DNA from: Somniosus microcephalus
Taxonomy: Eukaryota
DNA: 64,000 bases
Assembly (NCBI GenBank): GCA_052327205.1
Contig: CM126220.1
Coordinates: 48,484,001-48,548,000 of the forward strand
Direction of reading: 5' to 3'
The notes beneath the pieces were generated by a model. It saw nothing but the letters and a program-made list of their open reading frames with translations, did no database searches and was not told the origin of the DNA. Positions 12,280-23,869 of this stretch are shown here, one piece after another; the first letter of the stretch is position 1; every line of letters begins with the position of its first letter. The position numbers and the translations under genes are program-made.

Positions 12280-12800
12280 TATCAAGGGTGAAGACACCAG
12301 ACTTCAGCACCATGGAAACACCGGCAACACTGTATGGAGAGGGGAGCTGTCATCATGGTCAGCTCGACCAATCGGAATAACCGCTCCAGGCCAGCCATGG
12401 AAAGAAAGCCCAGCCAATAATGAGCAGCTCCAACGGGGCTTGTCATAACAAAGGTCGAGCAGCACCCAATCGCGTTGCGGTTGGAGAGCAGGGGTGGGTC
12501 TGGCGTGTCTTGTTGTGCAAGTCAACATACTGATGGACACAAACCTAGAAGCTGCACTAAAATTGTTTGTTAAATCCATGCCAGAATTCCAAACTTTGGT
12601 GAAGGAGAAAAAATTCAAAGTTCACACTGAATGGCGTTTGTTAAGTAAATTTGTACACGAAGTACATTTACCTGTGTTGTGTGTAAGGAGCTTTCTACTA
12701 GAATTAGCACATGTGACTAAAACAGTGTTGCCGTAGTTATGCCTGTGGCTCGTCAGCGATTTCTATAGGACAACACTGCCGAAAAGCAAAGAAGCTACCT
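12280..12800. promoter_or_regulatory. Candidate conserved enhancer downstream of tbx5
   Basis: Unique, CpG-retaining, motif-dense segment (TGTCATCAT, TGTCATAA, ACAAAGG, three CCAAT); conservation not verified. Confidence 0.35.
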
Positions 12801-13587
12801 AACATTACATCAACACAGTATAGTCTACTGGGAATCTCTGTTCATGATATGGGAGCGCTAAGAATATTACAGTAATAACATATATCTTTGAATATAATGT
12901 GCACTTTTGCTCCCTAAAAATCGTCCAGAAGTGTGGGATGTATATTGCACACAGATGCTAAAATCAAAACCATTAGCAAGAGGAATGATGAAACAAACCT
13001 TTATTAACTTCTTGAAGCTTTTTTTACACAGAAATCTCTTTTTTGAAACCTTACCAGTCACAAGTTAGCTTCATTTATATTGAACATGCACCCAGCAGCT
13101 TAATTGCCTTATGCCTCGGTGTGCCGGCCCATCACCAAGTAATTTAACAGTTCCAAAGCCAAAAGTAGAGGGGATTATTACACAGAGAAACTACATGTCA
13201 CCTAAAATTCATGGTCCAAAATGGTGTTGGGGTTATTTATTAATTAGGGCATATTGTAATCACAGATTAATTGATACTATCTCATATGCGTTTCTATCTT
13301 CTATTACTCTTCTACATTTTTGCCTTTGTCTGGATTTAAGTATTGTGGTAGAATATCAGTTGGGTTGGTGTGAGAATAAATGATTATTGTATATATACAT
13401 TGGATAAACATTTCATATCGTTACATTGCTACTGTCCTCAAATCTATCACAACCAAGCAAGACTTAAATATTGAAATTCAATATTTAAAAGGCTTTCAGT
13501 TGAGAAGCTATATAATGGAACTTTGGTCCAATGTTTTCTCTGATCATTTATGAAGTACCGTATGTACTCATCTATGATATATTCTAT

Positions 13588-13705
13588 GGTTGAGAATTTG
13601 AATTCAGTTTAAAAATCTGGAAATAAAAAGCTGGTAACAGTAAAAGTCACCATGAAGCTGTTGGATTCTCATACAAACCCAAATGGTTCACTAATGTCCT
13701 TTAGA
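13588..13705 (+). mobile_element. Fragment of the same SINE/LINE head as 1270-1400
   Basis: TGGTTCACTAATGTCCTT and AATCTGGAAATAAAAAG match the reverse complement of 1275-1360. Confidence 0.7.
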
Positions 13706-14070
13706 AATTTAAACACGAGAATGAGAAATTTTAAATTTGAGGCATTGCAGGACCAGGAGCCAATGTAAGTCAGTAAGCACAGGGATGATGGGTGAGCGGG
13801 ACGGTGCAGGAAAAGATATCCCGAGACGGTGTAGGAAATTATATCCTGGGACAGTGCAGGAAAAGATATCACGGGACGGTGCAGGAAATGATATCCCGGG
13901 ATGGTGCAGGAAAAGATATGGGCAGCAGACTTAGGTGGACTGAAGTTTATGCAGTGTGTAGAAAGGGAAGTCGGCCAGGAGAGCATTGGAATAGTTGAGT
14001 CTGGAGGTGACAAAGGCATGGCTGAGCATTTCAGCAGCAGATGGGCTGAGGCAGAAGCAGGTGAAGTTAG
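13706..14070 (-). mobile_element. L2-type LINE ORF2 3' fragment
   Basis: GAGCATTGGAATAGTTGAGTCTGGAGGTGACAAAGGCATGG is the reverse complement of an HAFVTSRLNYSNAL-type L2 motif; degenerate. Confidence 0.7.
13798..13920 (+). repeat. 25-bp minisatellite, about 5 copies
   Basis: Unit GGGACGGTGCAGGAAAAGATATCCC repeated with substitutions. Confidence 0.9.
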
Positions 14071-14404
14071 GGAGGTGGAGGAAATTAAGGCTCATCCAGG
14101 ACTGACAACACAGAGGCAGTGTTTAGGTCTCATTTCAAGTATGACATCTACTCATAGCTCATTTTCTACTTTACGTGGATAGGGAACTATTTGTTTATTT
14201 TAGTTGGCTTATATTATTCACACTAGACTACTGTCAAACAATGAATACCACTCATATGATCACTGCTAGTGATTTCAGTGCACTGTGTAGATGTATCCTT
14301 TTCAGTAAGTTCACTTGAAACAAGCTAAATTCCTTTTTACTCCCTTCCCTTCCTGAAAGCACTGATTAATGCTGTGGTGTAGCTCTGACACTCTCCAATA
14401 TCTT

Positions 14405-14703
14405 CTGTGGCCATTCTTATATGAGCCTGGACAGAAAGTGCTTACTGGCTATTCAGCCTTGCGGTGCATCAGAGCCATCCTGGGCACACAGTCTAGCAGG
14501 AGCCATTAAATTGTGATCAAGAGTGGAAACCCCAGCTGATAATTTTTTCCCCCTCTGTAGCCAAGGTGCACTGAGGAAAATTGTAGTGACTGGAGTCACT
14601 GCTGAGAGCACCTAACTCAGCAAAGATCAGCAATCAGACCTTGGAGCTTTCTGATCTATATGGCCTCATTCCTCACATGAATTTACCAACTGAGACAACA
14701 GGG
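14405..14703 (-). mobile_element. Ancient AmnSINE2-like SINE
   Basis: Reverse complement contains CTCAGTTGGTAAAT...GCCATATAGATCAG...TGCTGAGTTAG...TGAATAGCC...AAGAATGGCCAC; collinear with 42180-42500. Confidence 0.55.
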
Positions 14704-14894
14704 AGCTTGACAGATTTGGGTTTATTTAAATAACTTTTTAAAATGATATATGAAAATTTATTAACCAGATGCATGATTTGGGATTAATATTTTATCGACA
14801 AAATAAACGCATATGACTCTGGTCCTATTACCTGTTATGACTAGTTGGTTTATTTAACTGGCAATAATCGCTCTCTGGTATACACTTTACTTTA

Positions 14895-15055
14895 AGATGC
14901 TCCGCAAAACCTATCTCTTTAGCCAAGTTCCTGGTCACCTGTCCAAATGCCTCCTGTTTTGGCTCGTTGTCAATTTTTGTCTGATTACGCTTCTGTGGAG
15001 CACCTTGGGAGGTCTTACTATGGTAAAGGCGCTATATAAATGCAAATTTTTGTTG
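14895..15055 (+). mobile_element. L2 3' end fragment
   Basis: CTCCGCAAAACCTATCTCTTT...AAAGGCGCTATATAAATGCAA tail. Confidence 0.7.
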
Positions 15056-15310
15056 TTTATATCAACAAGTACTGTTAAAATGATCTCACGTATCTATAAT
15101 GATCTAAAGTGGCTATTCTAGTACATTGGCAGAAGCAGAAACTTTGTAATATGTTTATGAGTCTACAGGCAAGCAATTTTGTTGTGTAGTGCTGCCAAGC
15201 AGCAGTGCTTGGTAGCAGCATAGAGTGGAGGTTAGGGCTGTTCTATGAGCCTTTTTCCTTCAATTTTTCTAGATGTGTTTGTTAAACCTCACCTACTCCT
15301 CTGAAGTCAT

Positions 15311-16175
15311 CGGCTGGAATTTTGCCAGTCCTCAGAGTGCGGGATTGGAGGCGGGACCGCTGTCAAAATCGCAAAGATTGACAGCGGGCAGGAAACCCGC
15401 TGTCAACCCACCTCCAATCAATCTTCCCAAATGTTGGGTCCCCAATTTGCGCATGGATCCGACACCTAGCGGTGGGAAGAGGATTATAGCCACTTACCTG
15501 GCTGTTAACAGGTACTTGATACTTGATACAGGCTCTTTTTCAATTTTGCCACTTCTGCCTCGGGTTCCCCGACGTCCGGACACAACGCCAGGTAAGTGTG
15601 GCATGTTGTGAGTCTGCTGTAATGTTTCTGCATTGATGACAGCTGCAGAAGTGGTGTGAAGGATCCAATGGTGCACCGGTGAGTTTCAGAGGTAAGAGAA
15701 TGTTGGGAAAATCATTTTTAATGCATTTATACTTTTCTGTAGGGAACAAGGTTTGAATTGGCTGTCTAGTGCCACATCATTGGGAGAACCTCTTTCACCA
15801 GTGACTGATCGCTTCTGTTTCCTCACCTGCAGCTGCCATCTGTTCCAGCCGTGGGAGGGAGTCACTGGAGAGCCTGGATGCAGGAGCTCACCTTTGTACA
15901 GTGTTTGCAGCACCTCAATGCTGTCAAACACTGAGAAATGAGCTGTCAAAGAAAAATTGTGTGTGGTCCCTTTAAGAAAACCGGCAGATGACATGTCATC
16001 AAATGACGTCACCTGACCGGCTCCTCTTAATTGGCCGGCAAGCCCACAGGGCGGGTTTAACAAGGTCAATCGACGTAAAATCACGTCCATGGGCCAGATG
16101 CAGTTGGGGGCGGGACTGGAAGCCAGAAACCAGCTGACCTGCTGCCAAGCCACATCCATTTGCAAAATCGCGGCC
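15311..16175. mobile_element. Non-autonomous TIR element, related to 37734-38562
   Basis: Ends CGGCTGGAATTTTGC / GCAAAATCGCGGCC; shares the block TGACGTCACCTG...CTTAATTGGCC...AACAAGGTCAATC with 38387-38460. Confidence 0.65.
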
Positions 16176-16296
16176 AGTATCTCCATACTGAGTCTAAGAG
16201 CTACTGAGTGCATGTTTAGCACCAGTCAACAATGAGATACTCTTTGAGATACACTGCATTCATTGCAACTGATCAAAATTACCATTGTAATTAACC

Positions 16297-16520
16297 AAGG
16301 TAAGAATGTGGAACTCGCTACCACAGGAGTCGTTGAGGCGACTAGCATAGATGCATTTAGGGAGATGCTAGATAAGCGCATGAGGGAGAAAGGAATAGAA
16401 GGATATGCTGATAAGGTTAGATGAAAAGGGGAGGCTTGTGTGGAGTGTAAACACAACATAGACTAGTTGGTTCGAATGGCCTGTTTTGTGCTGTAACTTC
16501 TATGTAATTCTATGTAATTA
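16297..16520 (+). mobile_element. CR1 LINE 3' end fragment
   Basis: AGAATGTGGAACTCGCTACC...CGAATGGCCTGTTTTGTGCTGTAA followed by (TTCTATGTAA) repeats. Confidence 0.8.
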
Positions 16521-18979
16521 TCATTTCAAATCATTCTAATGCATTAGTAATTTGGTACATGACTGTTATGCTATAAATGCATTTTCAGTCAGCAGCCAGT
16601 CTTAGTACTCAGAGCTTGCACTAGATGGTTTGCACTTTAGAATTGTTTAATAACTTAAAAGAAAATATTGAAATCTGAACTGCTCATATATTCTGAGGTT
16701 GTTAGTGGGGGGAAAAGTGAAAACACTTCATAGGGATTACAGTGTATCTTAGCAGTTCAACTGTCATGTAGCTGGCAAGGGGTGAATAGAAAGATCAAAG
16801 ACACTGCCAAAGCCACAGACATTTCTCTGGAAAGTCAGCCATCATCACTACAGACGGCTCTTCTGGAGAGAAGACATGAGACAGCCAACAGCATTTGTTT
16901 AAAAAAAAGCCCCTGTGTGAGGGCCTCATGTCTATACCTTGATTAAAAACTTGACTAAAATATGTGACCTGGGCAGAAGAAAGTTTGAAGAGAATTACCA
17001 TTTCACCTTTGACAGTCTGATAGATATGTACCAAAGAGTCCAGCTTAGTGCTTATGTTATTAATTAATAAAAGGTAATTTGGCAGTTTGAGTTGGAATTA
17101 TGTGCCTGCTTCTTGATGCTGTAAAGACAATTCATAATTATGGAATAGTATTTCTTTAGCATATTTTTGTCCCGAGCACTGCTTAAATATCTTGAGCTGC
17201 AATTATTTTGCATAAAAAGTTAGCTACTGGGATAAGTACAGATTTCAGTTAATGGAAATAAGTTAAATAAAATGAATGGTTAGCAGTAACTAAAGCATAA
17301 AAATGTTCTATAAAATATAGATTGTATTTGTCAGGATCTTTACATTCACGTTAGAATAGCTAAAATAAGTCTGTGCTTAATGCTTTTCCCTTGATCATTA
17401 AATCATTGATAAGACATTTCCTTTTGTTAGAGGAATAGACTGGACTTAATGGCTATCTGAAGCAGTACCTGCACAACATCACTTTGACCAGACTCCCAAC
17501 GTGTTTCTGTATTAATACCATTATACAAAGATAGTGGAAATTAACAGAGCATTAAGTGTGCTTTTACATGGTCCTTCAACCAAGTAACATTAAAAGTTAA
17601 AAGGAAGCTTCTGTGTGTACAACAGAATATTGAGCAGTTATTTTTTTGAGTTGTTCAGGAGCTACTTCCAATTATATTCATTTTTTAAAATATGTAAATA
17701 AAGTTTGATTTCTTAGTATGTTGAGCCATTTATATTTTTGCTTAATATGCAATATTACAGCGTAACTGGGATTTTAACCTTGTGGTACTGGCACATTATT
17801 TTCCAAGCTTTTGTGTATTGCTTCTGTTGGGTTAAACCTTGATCCCACATTTCTCCACATTTTGAATTTAGTTTCTGTTATTATAAATCAAAACAAGAAA
17901 GCCAGCCATTTGGATTACAGCATTGGCTGGGGTCAGTACGCTGAAAGTATGTGCATATTTGAATCATAGCGTCTCTGGCCTGAACTGTTTTTGGAGTTTT
18001 TGCTTTCAATTGAGATTTTTGCTGAATCCATTGTGCGCAGTTCATTTGATGTTTAAGATAGAAATACATCTCTGAAATCACCTAAAAGTAAGTTTTCAAG
18101 CAACATAAAATCTGGCAAATAAGTTGCACGTTCATGGAGCATGGAGTAACTGGAGACGTGACTTGTGTGCCAGTGCAATTTACTGTCTTCTTTACTAGTC
18201 AGCCACTTGGAACTTGATGGCAGAGTAAATGATAACCATTATTAAATGTAACTTAACAGCAGAGGTCACCAATCCGGATTGGGTTCATTTAATCAGTATT
18301 TTACTTATGCCATCGAAAGTGCTGAGCTTTGTAGGAATCAATGGGATACATTTTCTAACTTTGCGTTCCCACCAGCCACGCACATCAGAGATTTGGATGG
18401 ATGCCGCGTGTAATTTTCTGATCATTTTGATTAATAGACAGTCATGCACAGTGCGCGCCTGAATTTCTGATGCACATTCCCAGCAGCAGGGCTCCCCACC
18501 AGCAGCACCAGTTGGACCATTACCCAGGATGCTGTCTCTTCCACTGGTACATGTGAAGAAAGCCTCAGCAGGCGGCCCGCCATTCTACATTTGCACCAGT
18601 GCTCAAGGTTACATTTTCTTTCCTGTTTTACTCAGAAATCTTCACTCAGTATAATGAATTAAATAATCATTATTCATCAGATCATGCTACTCTAACGCAG
18701 TGTTGCCTGGTGGTTGGGAACTTGCGTGCCACTGCAGTGTGACTCCACTTCTTCCCTCAGTATTGACATGTCTGTTGGGCTATGTTTAGACCAGTAGCAG
18801 TGTTACAGTGATAAATGTTCTTTTCATTAAGCAAGCCAATATCCACTTCTATATCTTATGCAGAGTAAACTAAGGTAGATTCAGAGATAAAAGGCTGATC
18901 TGAATTCCCCAAACCCAATCCTAATGCAATTTGTTTGAAACTGGTGAATATGTCTCTTACACTTGTTTGCTGTGTTTAT

Positions 18980-19120
18980 AAGAAATAAGAAATGGAGCAG
19001 GATTTGGCCATGAGGCCCTCGAGCCTGTTTTGCCATTCAATAAGATCATGGCTGATCTTCTACCTCAACTCAACCTTCCCGGCCTAGCCCCTTATCCCTT
19101 GATTCTCGTAATGTCGAAAT
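18980..19120 (-). mobile_element. CR1 3' tail fragment
   Basis: GCCATTCAATAAGATCATGGCTGATC, matching 20860-20886. Confidence 0.75.
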
Positions 19121-19310
19121 CGATCACGGTTATAAAGGGATGAAAGTCAAAGATACATAAACGCAGAATATGTCTCTCAATGTTTCTTATTAGTTCAAGG
19201 GATTTATAATCTTAAAGATATTAGATTACTTATTAGAACAGAAATTTTAACAAAACATGGTTAGACAAAAAGATACATAAAATTAAACAACCCAAAAGAT
19301 ATACTTTAAT

Positions 19311-19446
19311 ACAAAAGTAAAATACTGCAGATATTGGAAATCTGAAATAGAAACAGAAAATGCGGGAAATACTCAGCAGGTCAGGCAGCATCTGTGGAGA
19401 GAGAAACAGAGTTAACGTTTCAGGTCAATGACCTTTCGTCAGAACA
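19311..19446 (-). mobile_element. Penelope-like element terminal (pLTR) fragment
   Basis: AATACTGCAGATATTGGAAATCTGAAATAGAAACAGAAAATGCGGGAAATACTCAGCAGGTCAGGCAGCATCTGTGG recurs at 31290 and 31505, next to a GIY-YIG remnant. Confidence 0.75.
19410..19446 (-). ncRNA. Minimal type-I hammerhead ribozyme motif
   Basis: Minus strand reads GUU-CUGACGA-A-AGGUC-AUU-GACCU-GAAAC-GUU-AAC: core boxes, 5-bp stem II, loopless palindromic stem III, 3-bp stem I. Confidence 0.6.
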
Positions 19447-20800
19447 GAAAAAAGATATACTCTAATAATAGTTTAATCAGTAGGATTATATTAGTAATTG
19501 CCTTTGAATATGTAAATCTGTAATGACACCAAATCTTCAGTGATTGTAAATTGTAGTAACTGTACAATAAATTAAAAGCTAATTTAAAATATGAAATCTG
19601 CAATTCACCAGTGTGAGCTTTGTGTTAATCTGATCTGATCATGTTGCTCTCAGAATAGTATAAAATTCACAGCACCGCACGATTGTGAACATCAATCAGA
19701 CTGTCTTTATTTTTTTAAACAGGATTATACCAGAGAAAAAGTTAACCACAGTAGCTCACCCACTAATTAACCTGGGATATTAGAGAGACAGTCTCTCGTT
19801 TACAGTTCACACAGGAAAGGATATTGCCCGCCATGTTTCCTTTATAATTTTGCAACTGCTTGGTCATTATTTCAAATACTTTGACCTGGTAGCATTCAGT
19901 ATAGCTTCATCCTGGAGAGTCTGGAATGTGTGCCTTTGCAATACACTATGGCATAGCTATGCGTGCTATGCTTAGAACGTTATACAGAAGTGCATGTAAA
20001 GCACAAGCAGGGTCAAACCACCCCCTCCAGTGGGTGAGAGTTTGCTAAAGGAGTTACTCCTGCACTTGCGTATCGATAACGATTCCAGTACCCACCCAGG
20101 TATGGCTAAAGAATTCATAATAAGTACACGGCAATATTACAACACTACTAAATTGAAAGTAGAGGTAATTCGAATGGCTATTTTCTCCCTTCAGCTGTAT
20201 TTTCACTCTCTGTATCCTGCAGCTACCAGTGTTGGACTGACACTATATCAGAAATGATGTAAACAGGAGGTTGTGATTTGCAGCCTTGTGAAAGTGGGTA
20301 GGCACAGCTCTGTGCAACCCGGCTTTGGAACCACATTCAAACGCATGCACATGGCGCTGCTTGCTGGCTCCAAATCACTCGAGAATTTTTAGAATTGGAA
20401 GAGATGACAAAGCAGTCAGCTCTTCGTTAGTATAATTATGACACCACCTTAGTTGTCTCTTTTTTTTAAGTTTATTAAACTGGGAGGGATTCACAATGGT
20501 GGCATTTATATTGCTGCTGGGGGAAGTCAAAGAATGTGGCACGAGTGCCTCAAGGCAATGCCATTTTCACTCATCCCAGCCCACACCAGTAGCTTTATAC
20601 TGCACTTTTGCACCTGGTGCAACAAATATATCATCATGGCACCAACGCTGTATTGAGTGACTTAGGTGAATGGCCAAGGCTCACAGTGCATGACACCATC
20701 AAGATTGGAAAAAAATACAATTTAGTAAATTAGGAGATGAGGCTAATACATAGGTGCTAAAAACCCGTAGAATTTTTCAGGAAGAATAGACTAAAGGAGA

Positions 20801-22130
20801 AACATAAAATCATAGAAGATAGGAGCAGGAGTCGGCCATTCAGCCACTTGAGCCTGCTCCGCCATTCAATGAGATCATGGCTGATCATCCAAATTCAGTA
20901 CCCTGCCCCTGCTTTCTCCCATATCCCTTGATCCCTTTAGTCTTAAGAAACATATCTAACTCCTTCTTGAATATATTTAATAGGTTGGCCTCAACTGCCT
21001 TCTGTGGTAGAGAATTCCACAGGTTCACCACTCTCTGGGTGAAGAAATTCCTCCTGATCTCAGTCCTAAATGGCTTACCCCTTATCCTTAAACTGTGACC
21101 CCTGGTTCTGGACTCCCCCGCCATCGGGAACATCCTTCCTGCATCTAGTTTGTCTAGTCCTGTTAGAATTTTATAAGTTTCAATGAGATCCCCTCTCATT
21201 CTTCTAAACTCTAACAAATATAAGCCTAATCGACTCAATCTCTCTTCATACGTTATTCCTGCCATCCCAGGTATCAGCCTGGTGAATCTTCGCTGCACTC
21301 CTTCCATGGCAAGAATATCCTTCCTCAGATAAGGCGACCAAAACTGCACACAATACTCAAGATGTGGTCTCACCAAGGCCCTGTACAACTGCAGCAAGAC
21401 ATCCTTGCTCCTGTATTCGAATCCTCTCGCTATGAAGGCCAACATACCATTTGTCTTCTTAACCACCTGCTGCACCTGCATGCTTACCTTCAGCGACTGG
21501 TGCACGAGGACACCCAGGTCTCGTTACACTTCCCCTTTTCCCAATCTATTGCCGTTCAGATAATAATCTGTCTTCCTGTTTTTGCCAACAAAGTGGATAA
21601 TCTCACATTTATCCACATTATACTGCATCTGCCATGCATCTGCCCAATCACCCAACCTGTCCAAATTATAATGGAGTTTCTCTGCATCCTCCTCACAGCA
21701 CACACGCCCACCCAGCTTTGTGTCATCTGCAAACTTGGAAATATTACATCTAGTTCCCTTGTCTAGATCATTAATATATATTGTGAATATCTGGGGTACT
21801 AGCACCGATCCCTGCGGTACCCCACTAGTCACTGCCTGCCACTTGGAAAAAAACCCGTTTATTCCAACTCTTTGCTCCCTGTCTGCCAACCAGTTCTCTA
21901 TCTAAGTCAGTACCTTACCCCCAGTCCCATGTGCTTTAACTTTGCACGCCAATCTCTTATGCGGGACCATATGGAAAGCCTTCTGAAAGTCCAAATACAC
22001 CACATCCACTGGTTCTCCCTTATCTATTCTACCAGTTACATCCTCAAAAAATTCCAGTAGATTAGTCAAGCATTTTGTAAATCCATGTTGACTTTGTCCG
22101 ATCCTGTCACTGTTTTCCAAGTGCTCCAAG
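20801..22130 (-). mobile_element. 5'-truncated CR1 LINE (RT plus 3' UTR)
   Basis: VYLDFQKAF, GVPQGSVL, SKFADDTKL, LVRPHLEYCVQFWSP, TRGHSLRI; frameshifted across 3 ORFs. Confidence 0.95.
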
Positions 22131-22734
22131 GAGATAAGGAGATCCAATATTCTGATCCCTTGGAAAGAGTGATCTCCGAGACACTGCAAAGCTGTACTAA
22201 GAATTACCGTGTGAAGAGATTTTGCTAGAATCTTTCAGTGATGTGCTGCTCTGGGTTCCAAGCATTTAGCTAATTGATATGACAGGGTTAACATCCCAAC
22301 ATATGTTACATTCATACCAACCTAGGAAACTAGCCAAGGCTGGCTGACAGCTTCAAAAAAGCTGACACAGGCCCCATAAAGCTGACAACTTAAAAACAAC
22401 CCTTATTATAAGCCTATGATGTTTAAAAAAACAGTAGTCACATGGGCTGAATAACTTATGCTGTAGGTATGCACATTCCTAAGTTGTATTGGAGTAAAGA
22501 AAAATGGAATCATGTGAAAGTCTGAAGGAGAAGCTCAAATGTTGAAGGCGTGAAATTTGTGGTGCATTTCTAGGGTGAGTCCAGGAGTATGCTTCCTAAA
22601 AAAAAAAGTTGAATTTTTACATTATAAATTATGCAGTCTGCTTAATTTTAAGCACTTTATACTTCACTAAATAGACCTTCATTTATCCCAAAGTTACCTC
22701 AAGAGTCACTCTCCCACATTCAAGCACTCTCCAA

Positions 22735-23010
22735 CCCAGTTCACAGATGTGCTCTATCCCCCTTGACAAAATTCACAGACGTGCTTTATTCCTCCTGACC
22801 CAGTTCACAGAAGGCCTCTGTCCCCCCTGACCCAGTTCACTGATGGGCTCGGTCACCCTGATTCAGTCCATAAACGGGCTCTCTCCCCCTGACCCATTTC
22901 ACACAGGTGTTCTGTCCGCCCTGACCCAGTCCGCAGACGAGCTCCATTACTTCCTGACCCAGTTTACCGAGGCACTGTACCCCACCCAATTCCCCACAAT
23001 TTCACAGAGA
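22735..23010 (+). repeat. Degenerate ~32-bp minisatellite, about 8-9 copies
   Basis: Recurring CCTGACCCAGTTCACAGA core with mutually similar intervening sequence. Confidence 0.85.
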
Positions 23011-23014
23011 CACT

Positions 23015-23600
23015 GGGGTGATTTTTAATGTGAGCGTGTGGGATTGGGTGTGGTTGGAGGGGTTAAATCAGGCAAAGTTCTAAGCGTGTCGGGAACCCGC
23101 CTCCAACCCGCCCACTTCGGGGTTTAACGGAGGTGGGACAAGGGACGGACAGCCAACACACTCCCAGGAGGTGGTTTGGCAATTTAACTATTTTAATGAG
23201 ACTGGCAGCCTCTGATTTAACTTGCTTTTCAGGTTTTACAGTGTGCGGCCAGATTTCCCAGGCCGCGAGAAACCCAATAGCTTTGGGGAGAAGTTAAGTG
23301 CCTTCACAGTACTGCTTGTGGGCCAGGAAGAGCAGGAGTGCTTCCCGCCAGCCCTCCAATGTCCATCCCCACCATCACATCACTTCCCCCCCCGCAACCT
23401 CCATACAAAAGCCCACGGGAGTGGCCAGCCCCGTGATCGGACCTACCTGCTCCTGAGGCCTACTCCAGACTGCTCCCTGTCTGACTAGAAGCCAAGCCTG
23501 ACAATCAGGCTGATTTCTGGGCGGGGAACCTGTCTGGGCTAAAAACGTAGGCTGTGGAATTAAAACGGGTGGAGGAGGAAATACAATGCTGCAGCAGTTC
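23015..23600. mobile_element. Degenerate GC-rich TIR element (right end unclear)
   Basis: Starts GGGGTGATTTTTAA; AACCCGCCTCC...GGAGGTGGG architecture like 37734 and 15311. Confidence 0.45.
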
Positions 23601-23869
23601 ACTCAATTTAGCAGCTTAAAGGAGCAGGCCAATAACTTCACTAAACAGAGAAGCCTCGGAGAGATAGTATTCTGCTGTAAATAATCCTTATGGTGAGGGG
23701 CCTGAAGCAGCAGCAAATAAAGGAAATTGCAGAAAGTCTCCTGATGGGCATTACCATACATATTGCCTGGCTCCCAGTGTCTAGCATCTCCGAACACACC
23801 CTTGACATCACTGAGCCTCTCAATTTACATTACAGATATTTTTCCATCTGTATAATATTCTATATATAA

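Noticed and set aside
22735-23010. CRISPR-like repeat/spacer appearance
   Set aside because: Eukaryotic context, the 'spacers' resemble each other, the period is only ~32 bp and there are no cas genes; it is a minisatellite.
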